DNA from: Candidatus Planktophila sp.
Lineage (GTDB): Bacteria > Actinomycetota > Actinomycetes > Nanopelagicales > Nanopelagicaceae
Reading direction: 5' to 3'
Assembly: GCA_044351155.1 (NCBI GenBank)
Contig: JBILGH010000004.1
Location: 12,943-76,942 of the forward strand
DNA: 64,000 nucleotides
The translations under genes were made by a program, and so were the position numbers. Each line of letters opens with the position of its first letter. Positions within the stretch are counted from its first letter, which is position 1. Below are positions 41,218 through 48,510 of the stretch, in pieces. The notes beneath the pieces are model-generated. The model saw nothing but the letters and a program-made list of their open reading frames with translations, was not told the DNA's origin and did no database searches.

Positions 41218-42144
41218 TTATAAACCTGCGCTACAAAGTAGGTTGCGCGAGTTCATTGTTTGCACAAGGACATCTTTGGCTTGTTTCACCTGGCTAGAGG
41301 TTAGTTCCTTAGTTTTGTTAAGAGCCTCAATAGTAGAGCTAAGCTTTTTAGTATTTTCGATCGAAGTCAAATTCTTATTAGTAGTGCTCTTTAACTGCAT
41401 GATTGAAGAGTTGTACTTGCTAATAGAGCTGCTTACAGATTGCATCTGCATTTTTGTAAGTGAATTAGAAGATTTCAATGAAGTAACTGAACTGGACAGC
41501 TGACTAATTGCCGAAGATAACTTACTAATAGTGGTTGCATTCTTAGCAGCATTAACTGTGTCAGCCTTTAGCGTGGCTAATTTAGTCCTTGAGTCATTTA
41601 AAATAATTGTGAATTCGTCGATCTGTTTGGTCACAGCTGCAATCTTGACAGTTAAGTCAGCGACTTCCTTTTCAGCAACTGGAATTAAATCTGTTTGCTC
41701 CTTAATCTTGAGAGCAATATCAGCGTTTTCCTTTGTTAATGCCTCGATCTGGATTTTTGATGCCGCGATAGCTTTAACTTGATCTGCAATCTGAGCGTCA
41801 ACTTCAAGAAGCGCTGCAGCGGTATTTTTCTCAAGTGTTGCCAGACCTGCTACTGATTTTGCGTAATACGCTGTTTCGTTAATGCAATCGCTAGATAAGT
41901 AGTACCTCTTGGCATTCTTGGTTTTCGCAGGGGCTATTACATAAACTGTGGCCTTTGTGCCTTCAATCGTGATGGTGGACTTAACTGCAGTTAAACACTT
42001 GTATGTAAATGTACCTACTTTGACGGTCCTATTAACTACGGTACAGGTCGAGCCATTGCTAATTGCGGCATAAGCGGGCGTTGAGACTAGTACCCCGGCG
42101 ATAAGCGCTCCAGCAATAGAGAGTGTAGAAACCTTACGTAACAT
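41218..42144 (-). CDS. Secreted coiled-coil protein, unknown function
   Basis: GGAGG lies 5 nt upstream of the MLRKV start. Signal peptide ...AGVLVSTPAYA. A ~70-aa Cys-containing N-domain is followed by ~200 aa of A/K/S/T/L/Q-rich sequence lacking Pro, Gly and aromatic residues, ending LLCSAGL. Confidence 0.6.
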   Translation of the reverse strand: MLRKVSTLSIAGALIAGVLVSTPAYAAISNGSTCTVVNRTVKVGTFTYKCLTAVKSTITIEGTKATVYVIAPAKTKNAKRYYLSSDCINETAYYAKSVAGLATLEKNTAAALLEVDAQIADQVKAIAASKIQIEALTKENADIALKIKEQTDLIPVAEKEVADLTVKIAAVTKQIDEFTIILNDSRTKLATLKADTVNAAKNATTISKLSSAISQLSSSVTSLKSSNSLTKMQMQSVSSSISKYNSSIMQLKSTTNKNLTSIENTKKLSSTIEALNKTKELTSSQVKQAKDVLVQTMNSRNLLCSAGL

Positions 42145-42238
42145 GTTGACCTCCATAGATTATGTACTGATCTTACCGAAGTAGATTAAAAGGACCTGCC
42201 TCTAACGCGGTAAATGCCTGCGAAATTGGTGTGAGTAC

Positions 42239-43027
42239 TTACTTGCTGCGCTGGCGAGTACGAACGTTCATGCCAAGTTTGCGAATTAGTGGTCTTGGGC
42301 CGAAGCGTAAGAACGAACTCAAAAGAGCGTACTGCCATCCTGGAATCGAGACAGCTTCACCTCTCTGCGCGTCTGACCAAGCTTTGGCAACCAATTCATC
42401 AGCATTGAGCCACATAAAATCTGGCAAACCGCTCATCTTCATGCGACCTCGTTGGTGAAATTCAGTTCGCGTAAACCCGGGTGCCAATGCAGAGACTTTT
42501 ACATCCGTGCCAGCCAACTCAGTATGCAATGACTCGGATAAAACCGTTAAGTAAGACTTACTTGCACTATAGGTTCCACCTGCGATCCAGGCAGCAACTG
42601 ATGAAACATTAATCACAGTGCCCGAATTGCGTTCCTTCATTTTAGGCAAGACCGCATGCATTAATCGCATTGGGGTTCTCACCAAAACATCAAACATCTG
42701 TTGCTCAGCAACTACGTCACTCTCCAAGAATGACTTGTTTAATCCGAAGCCAGCATTGTTAATTAGTACTTCAATTTCATTAGCCTTAATAAAGTTTTCG
42801 AGTGTTTTACAACCAGCATCAGTAGCAAGATCAGCTGCGATAACTTTTGTTTCAATCTTAAAGTTTGCCTCTAGCGCAGCAGCACGTTCATTTAATCGCG
42901 GCAAATCACGAGCGGTCAAGACAAGGCTATAACCTTGGGCGGCAAGTAAGCGCGAAAAACTCTCACCGATTCCTGCGGTAGCACCAGTAACTAGCGCCCA
43001 CTTATCTTTATTACCTTGACTGCTCAT
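42239..43027 (-). CDS. Short-chain dehydrogenase/reductase
   Basis: ALVTGATAGIGESF cofactor motif and the YSASKSYL catalytic Tyr-Lys. ATG at 43027 with GGAG 5 nt upstream. Confidence 0.82.
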   Translation of the reverse strand: MSSQGNKDKWALVTGATAGIGESFSRLLAAQGYSLVLTARDLPRLNERAAALEANFKIETKVIAADLATDAGCKTLENFIKANEIEVLINNAGFGLNKSFLESDVVAEQQMFDVLVRTPMRLMHAVLPKMKERNSGTVINVSSVAAWIAGGTYSASKSYLTVLSESLHTELAGTDVKVSALAPGFTRTEFHQRGRMKMSGLPDFMWLNADELVAKAWSDAQRGEAVSIPGWQYALLSSFLRFGPRPLIRKLGMNVRTRQRSK

Positions 43028-43044
43028 GATCTCCGTCAATTTAA

Positions 43045-44292
43045 TTAGGCGAGCGAAGCCGCATCATCAGGAACTATGCCATCGGTTGATTCCTCGCGGA
43101 TATGCCAACTGGTGTCATATTCCTCAAGCAAATCAAGGAATGGTTTGGCATCAAACCACTCTGGACCATTTACGCCATCTGGCTGCCAGATACCTTTATG
43201 GATTAGCTCCATAGCAATAACTGGGTTAACTGCGGTCTGCCAGACAACTGCCTGATCGCCGTAATTAGCCATAGACCAAGCATTATCAACCACGTTGTAC
43301 ATATAAACCGCGCGAGGCTTACCTTCTTTATCTAAACCTTTAACCAAAGTTCCGGCGCAAGTTTTACCTTTCATGCGCGAACCAAGAGTTGCGGGATCTG
43401 GCAGAGCTGCAGCCAATAGATCACGCGGTGAAACTGCTACGCCTTGCACGTCAACAGTATCTTTGCGATCCATTCCCAGCATGTGAATGGTTTTCAAAGT
43501 TGTAATGAATTGCGCACCCAGGCCGTACTTAAAGGCAACTTTCTTAGCATCAACTTTCTGGGGGATAAGCACAACTTCTTCGTGCTCAACGTTGACACAT
43601 TCAACTGGCCCAATTCCTTCTGGGAAATCAAATACTTCTAAATCACTAAACGGTTCAGTTGTATACCAACCACGACCGTCTTCCCACATTAATGGTGGAT
43701 TCAAACACTCTTCAATGGTTGTCCAAATTGAAAACGAAGGCGCAAAATCAAAACCTTCGACTGTTAAATTTGAACCATCGAATACAGTTACGGAATCAAG
43801 GCGACTAAATAGATAGTCAGAGGCATACTTTGCGAAAACATCGCTCATGCCCGGTTCAATACCCATGCCAACGAGTGCGTAGATGCCGCGCTCGCCCCAG
43901 TTCCAGTCACGGGCGAATTGCTCGTCGCCTAACTTCACACCAGTTTCGGTATTTGGATAATGTGGATGTGGGCGCGACAAGGACATCGCCATATCAATGT
44001 AATTAGTATTTTCAATTTCGCATGCCAAGAAAATTGGCATTACAAAACGTGGATCGACTGCATTGATCACCACATCTGGCTTAGCCTTGCGAATTAAAGT
44101 ACGAATATCTTCAAGTTCAGCAGCGTTTACTTCTGCTGCAGAAAAACGGGCATCTTTAACGCGGGCGACTGCTTCTTCGGCTCGAGCAAAATTGCGGTCG
44201 GCAATAACCATGGAAGAGATAAAGCTTCTACGGGATGCGATATTGGCAATTGCTCTACCGACGCCACCAGCGCCTATTACTAGCGCTTTCAT
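43045..44292 (-). CDS. Saccharopine dehydrogenase-family NAD(P) oxidoreductase (LYS1/LYS9/carboxy(nor)spermidine synthase-like)
   Basis: MKALVIGAGGVGRAIA Rossmann start preceded by GAGAGG, ~415 aa. The family call comes from the N-terminal motif and overall size only. Confidence 0.55.
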   Translation of the reverse strand: MKALVIGAGGVGRAIANIASRRSFISSMVIADRNFARAEEAVARVKDARFSAAEVNAAELEDIRTLIRKAKPDVVINAVDPRFVMPIFLACEIENTNYIDMAMSLSRPHPHYPNTETGVKLGDEQFARDWNWGERGIYALVGMGIEPGMSDVFAKYASDYLFSRLDSVTVFDGSNLTVEGFDFAPSFSIWTTIEECLNPPLMWEDGRGWYTTEPFSDLEVFDFPEGIGPVECVNVEHEEVVLIPQKVDAKKVAFKYGLGAQFITTLKTIHMLGMDRKDTVDVQGVAVSPRDLLAAALPDPATLGSRMKGKTCAGTLVKGLDKEGKPRAVYMYNVVDNAWSMANYGDQAVVWQTAVNPVIAMELIHKGIWQPDGVNGPEWFDAKPFLDLLEEYDTSWHIREESTDGIVPDDAASLA

Positions 44293-44417
44293 TGTTGGCC
44301 TCTCATGAGGAAAAAACTCCATCTCGGTAGAAAGCCGAGGTTACTCCGCATGAGCGTGATCTGCCAACCCTGTATTTACAAGCCTTAGTGGCGGGTAGAT
44401 TTCACCTATTAATTCCA

Positions 44418-44493
44418 GTCCCCGTAGCTCAGTGGATAGAGCAACCGCCTCCTAAGCGGTAGGTCGCAGGTTCAACTCCCGCCGGGGACACCA
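44418..44493 (+). tRNA. tRNA-Arg (anticodon CCU), CCA encoded
   Basis: Acceptor GTCCCCG/CGGGGAC, D arm GCTC..GAGC, anticodon stem ACCGC/GCGGT with loop CTCCTAA, T arm GCAGG-TTCAACT-CCCGC (one A-C mismatch), then A-CCA. Confidence 0.88.
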
Positions 44494-44497
44494 TTTT

Positions 44498-45328
44498 TTA
44501 AGCAAAAACGACAGTGCGCTTACCAACTACAAAGATTTTATCTTCTGAGTAAAGCTTTACTGCTTTAGCCAGAACGCGACGCTCAATATCGCGACCGATA
44601 GCAATCAATTCTTCAGGTGTCGCAATATGAGTAACGTGCGCAACATCTTGTTCAATTATTGGGCCTTCATCTAAATCACTGGTTACGAAGTGAGCACTTG
44701 CGCCAATGATTTTCACACCACGTTCATGTGCCTGGTGATAGGGCTTAGCACCTTTGAAACCAGGTAAGAAGGAGTGGTGAATGTTGATGATCTTCCCGGG
44801 CATGCGATCACAAAAATCAGCTGAAAGAATTTGCATGTAACGAGCCAAAACTACGAAATCAATTTCGAGTAGTTCAATTTGCTTAATAATCTCGGCTTCT
44901 TGTGCGCTCTTATCGCCGGGCAGATACATAAATTTAACGCCATGTGATTCAACTAGTTGACGAAGATCTTCATGGTTTGAAATCACTAATGGGATATCAA
45001 CTTTAAGTTCGCCAAGTTCATTTAAATAAAGTAAATCTCTTAAGCAGTGGCTCTCTTTAGTAACCATAACGAGTGCGCGCGGGCGCTCTGAAGTTGGTCG
45101 AATGTGTAGTGCCGGGCTGTATTTAGCCAAACCTTCACTCAGAGATTTTTCAGCTGCAGCTTGACCTTGTGAAGTTTCAAAGCGAGTGCGCATTACAAAG
45201 GTATTTGTAGCCGGATCTGTGAATTGCTGATTCTCAATGATGTTTCCACCACAGGCTAAAACTGCCGAAGTCATCGCGTGGACGATGCCTGGTTGGTCAG
45301 CACATTGCAGGGAAGCAATTAAATCCAT
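44498..45328 (-). CDS. purU: Formyltetrahydrofolate deformylase
   Basis: N-terminal ACT-like domain, then ARYMQILSADF and INIHHSFLPGFKGAKPY. Confidence 0.9.
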   Translation of the reverse strand: MDLIASLQCADQPGIVHAMTSAVLACGGNIIENQQFTDPATNTFVMRTRFETSQGQAAAEKSLSEGLAKYSPALHIRPTSERPRALVMVTKESHCLRDLLYLNELGELKVDIPLVISNHEDLRQLVESHGVKFMYLPGDKSAQEAEIIKQIELLEIDFVVLARYMQILSADFCDRMPGKIINIHHSFLPGFKGAKPYHQAHERGVKIIGASAHFVTSDLDEGPIIEQDVAHVTHIATPEELIAIGRDIERRVLAKAVKLYSEDKIFVVGKRTVVFA

Positions 45329-45347
45329 GGTGAAAGGGTAAGGGCTA

Positions 45348-47450
45348 TTAGTGCTTAAGCGTAAATCGCTGCATTGCCTTAGGCGCCCACCAGTTACTTT
45401 CGCCCAATAAGCGCATCAAAGCCGGCACAAGCAAGGCGCGAATCAAAGTGGCATCGAGCACTACAGCGAAAGCAACGCCAAAGCCCATCATTTTTATCGA
45501 AGTAACGCCACTAGTTACGAATGCTGCGAATACCACTGCGAGCAGCACTGCGGCTGCGGTGATAATTCGTGCTGATCTTTGTAAGCCGGTTGCTACTGAC
45601 TCAATATTGGATTTACCTAACAAATGCTCTTCGCGAATACGTGAAAGCAAGAAGAGCTCGTAGTCCATTGATAATCCAAAGACGACAACGAAAATCAAAA
45701 TGACAATTGAGGTATCTAGCGTGCCAGTTACCGTAAATGAACCCACTAGCCACTGCAGGTGGCCACCTACGAAAATCCAAGTTAGCGCACCCATGGTTGC
45801 CGCTAAGGACATTACGTTTAGCAGCACCGCCTTAATTGGCAAAATTATTGAACCGGTAAATACAAAGAGCAGAATCAAAACGCTAATTGCAATCCAACCA
45901 AGAGCCAGTGGAAGAGTTTCTGATATTCCATCTTGAGTATCCGTGTAATCAGCAGCAACACCACCGATTAGCGTGCCGGTTGGCGCAGGTAAATCACGCA
46001 GATTATGAATCAACTCTTGCGCCTCTGGTGAACGAGGTAACATTGATTCATAAGCTGTGATTCGAACATCGTTCCCGATAGTTTGCGGCTCAGCTACGGT
46101 AACTATTCCGGAGACTTTTTTAACTTCTTCGATGTAACTTGAAATTTGATTCTCTCTGCCAGCGCCAGCCAAAACAATTATGTCGATGGTGGCGATATTG
46201 CTTTCAAAACGTGATTCTTGAATTGCGGTAGCAATTGCGGCCGGGTTGCTCGCTGGCAAAATTCTGGCGTCACCTTGCGAGAAAGCGATATCTTTAATCG
46301 GCGCAGCAAGAATTCCGAGAATAATTAGCGACAACAAAACAACGGCAACTGGGCGCTTCATAACTAAGCGAGCAGTTTGAGCCCAGCGCCCTTCATCCTT
46401 ATGCTCGATAGCCGATTTACGTACTACGCCTTTATTAACTTTCATTCCGAGCATGGCCAAAATTGGTGGAAGACCAAACAAAGCACCAGCAACTGCGATA
46501 GCTACAACTGATACACCGGCATAGCCAAATGATTTTAAGAAAGGTAGCGGGAAGAAGGTAAGCGATAAAAGGGTAACTAGAACTGTTAATCCTGAGTAGA
46601 AAACTGTTTTTCCGGCGCTGGCCATTGTGTCAACTATTGAATCTTCAACGCTCTTGCCCCGATGTAGCTCTTCGCGGAAACGGTTAACAATCAATAACGC
46701 ATAATCGATACCGAGACCTAGACCTAAGCCGGTAGTTAAGTTAAGTGAATAAATACTTACGCTGGTAACCAGCGAAATCAAGTAAAGGAGAAAAAAGGCG
46801 CCCAGAATGGCAGAAACGCCAACGATTAGCGGCATCGCTGAAGCTGCCATCGCACCGAATACCAGAACCAACAAAATGAAGGTCAGTGGAATCGAAATTG
46901 CCTCAGCTATTTTCAGATCATCTGAAATCTTTTTATTAATCGCATTCCCCACGACTCCAACGCCGCCTGAATAAATAGTTAAACCATCGCGCTTGCCATC
47001 AAAATTCTTTTGGAAGTAATCACCCATTTCTTGGCTCTCAGGTGTGAATGCTTCGCCGCCGCCATAAACCAAAATATAAGCAGCTTTGTTATCAGCTGCA
47101 GCGAGCGTTTTTTCGCCGCCAGCACTCCAGTAGGAAACTACTTTTGTCACGCCTGGCGCTTTTGCCATTTCAGCTTCAAGTTCTTGGGCTTTGGCAGCAA
47201 TGGCTGGGTCAGCGATTGCAGTATTTCCGGAATCGACAACTACGACAATATTAGGATCTGCGATCTTTAGATTTTTATTTAGGTAGTTATAAACCTGGTA
47301 CGAGTCACTATTTGGGTTTGAGTAACCACCCGAATCAAGACGGCTGAAAACCATGGTTCCGACGGTGCCGGCTGTAAGCACGCTGACAATAAATAAAACA
47401 ACCATTGCCTTACGGCGGCGAACGACAAGGTGACCAAGTTTCTCAAACAT
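45348..47450 (-). CDS. MMPL/RND-superfamily membrane transporter
   Basis: 700 aa arranged as one TM, an extracytoplasmic domain and a 5-TM bundle, repeated twice. This is the typical MMPL architecture. Confidence 0.8.
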   Translation of the reverse strand: MFEKLGHLVVRRRKAMVVLFIVSVLTAGTVGTMVFSRLDSGGYSNPNSDSYQVYNYLNKNLKIADPNIVVVVDSGNTAIADPAIAAKAQELEAEMAKAPGVTKVVSYWSAGGEKTLAAADNKAAYILVYGGGEAFTPESQEMGDYFQKNFDGKRDGLTIYSGGVGVVGNAINKKISDDLKIAEAISIPLTFILLVLVFGAMAASAMPLIVGVSAILGAFFLLYLISLVTSVSIYSLNLTTGLGLGLGIDYALLIVNRFREELHRGKSVEDSIVDTMASAGKTVFYSGLTVLVTLLSLTFFPLPFLKSFGYAGVSVVAIAVAGALFGLPPILAMLGMKVNKGVVRKSAIEHKDEGRWAQTARLVMKRPVAVVLLSLIILGILAAPIKDIAFSQGDARILPASNPAAIATAIQESRFESNIATIDIIVLAGAGRENQISSYIEEVKKVSGIVTVAEPQTIGNDVRITAYESMLPRSPEAQELIHNLRDLPAPTGTLIGGVAADYTDTQDGISETLPLALGWIAISVLILLFVFTGSIILPIKAVLLNVMSLAATMGALTWIFVGGHLQWLVGSFTVTGTLDTSIVILIFVVVFGLSMDYELFLLSRIREEHLLGKSNIESVATGLQRSARIITAAAVLLAVVFAAFVTSGVTSIKMMGFGVAFAVVLDATLIRALLVPALMRLLGESNWWAPKAMQRFTLKH

Positions 47451-47486
47451 ATGCCAACTGTACCGAAAGGACTAGACTGCCTAATT

Positions 47487-47603
47487 ATGAGTGAGCTATT
47501 TCCTAAGGTGACTTCAGATGAGATTGATCACGAGCAATCAATCGAAGATGCTAAGCGCGATGCTGAAATTGCTGGCGATAAGCCGCCCCATCACGACGAT
47601 TAA
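47487..47603 (+). CDS. Candidate 38-aa acidic small protein (unconfirmed)
   Basis: ATG..TAA reads MSELFPKVTSDEIDHEQSIEDAKRDAEIAGDKPPHHDD and fills the only otherwise unannotated gap here. No convincing Shine-Dalgarno sequence. Confidence 0.2.
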   Translation: MSELFPKVTSDEIDHEQSIEDAKRDAEIAGDKPPHHDD

Positions 47604-47614
47604 AAACTTTTAAA

Positions 47615-47863
47615 CTATTCAGACTTTGCAGCTGGTGGCGCTGGAGCCGGAGTTGGTGCGGCTGCCGGAACCGATGCGGTAGAACTTTTCGCCGAATCAG
47701 TCTTATAGAAACCTGAGCCCTTAAAAACTACGCCGACTGCGGAATAAACTTTCTTGATCTCGCCCTGACATTCTGGGCACTGCGTTAACGAGTCTTCGGT
47801 AAATGATTGAAAGGCTTCGAATTCGTGGTTACATACTGTGCAGGCATATTGATATGTTGGCAT
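47615..47863 (-). CDS. FmdB-family zinc-ribbon protein with a Pro/Ala-rich tail
   Basis: MPTYQYACTVCNHEFE...CPECQG (CxxC-N-CxxC), then PAAAPTPAPAPPAAK. Confidence 0.85.
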   Translation of the reverse strand: MPTYQYACTVCNHEFEAFQSFTEDSLTQCPECQGEIKKVYSAVGVVFKGSGFYKTDSAKSSTASVPAAAPTPAPAPPAAKSE

Positions 47864-47976
47864 TCGATTCCTTTCCGATCGTAAATACTAAAGATTCAAG
47901 CCCATTAGCTAGTAGAGGGAAGTCTAAAGAAGTGAGACGATTGAGGCTAATCGGAGCGGGACAGAAGGGCTAATTC

Positions 47977-48510
47977 ATGAAGTTAAAGCAGTTTGTTGGC
48001 GTTCTTGCCACATTAATTCTGATGGCTATTCCCGTGGCAAATGCAAATGAACTAGTCACTGCCGATCCAGCCAGCGGTTCGACAGTATTGGTTTCACCTA
48101 GCGCCGTAACTATTACTACTTCGATGACACTTATGGCTGATGGAAATAGTGTTGAAGTTACAGATCCCTCAGGTAATCGAGTCGATGACGGAACTTTAGC
48201 GATTGCTGATACTGAAGCAGTAGTTGGTTTGATTCCGCTAACTGTCGGAGGGTATTACACCGTTAATTACACATTGCTCGCCGAAAATGAAATTCCGCTT
48301 ACCGGTAATTATCGTTTTAATTATGTCGCACCTGATTCAATCTCATCAGAATCGCCAACCCCCATTGAGATTGAGGCAACAGAGAGCTCACAGCCAAGTG
48401 CCGGCAGCAGCAAAGGAACAGATTTTCTTGTGATCATGTTATTGGTTCTCTCTTTCTTTGTGTTAGTCGGATTAGGAATGTACGCGCGGAAAATCTTTAG
48501 TGAAAGATGA
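47977..48510 (+). CDS. CopC-like secreted/anchored protein lacking all histidines
   Basis: Signal peptide, then a ~100-aa beta-rich domain (ADPASGSTV..SPSAVTI..YTVNYTLL) and a C-terminal TM anchor. It has a 4-nt overlap with the copD-like gene. The fold assignment is by context and pattern only. Confidence 0.55.
   Translation: MKLKQFVGVLATLILMAIPVANANELVTADPASGSTVLVSPSAVTITTSMTLMADGNSVEVTDPSGNRVDDGTLAIADTEAVVGLIPLTVGGYYTVNYTLLAENEIPLTGNYRFNYVAPDSISSESPTPIEIEATESSQPSAGSSKGTDFLVIMLLVLSFFVLVGLGMYARKIFSER

Noticed and set aside
44498-47450. The MMPL transporter and purU separated by 19 nt on the same strand, as a possible functional unit.
   Set aside because: The tight spacing reflects the general compaction of this genome. 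There is no known link between MMPL exporters and formyl-THF deformylase, and nothing in the sequence supports one.
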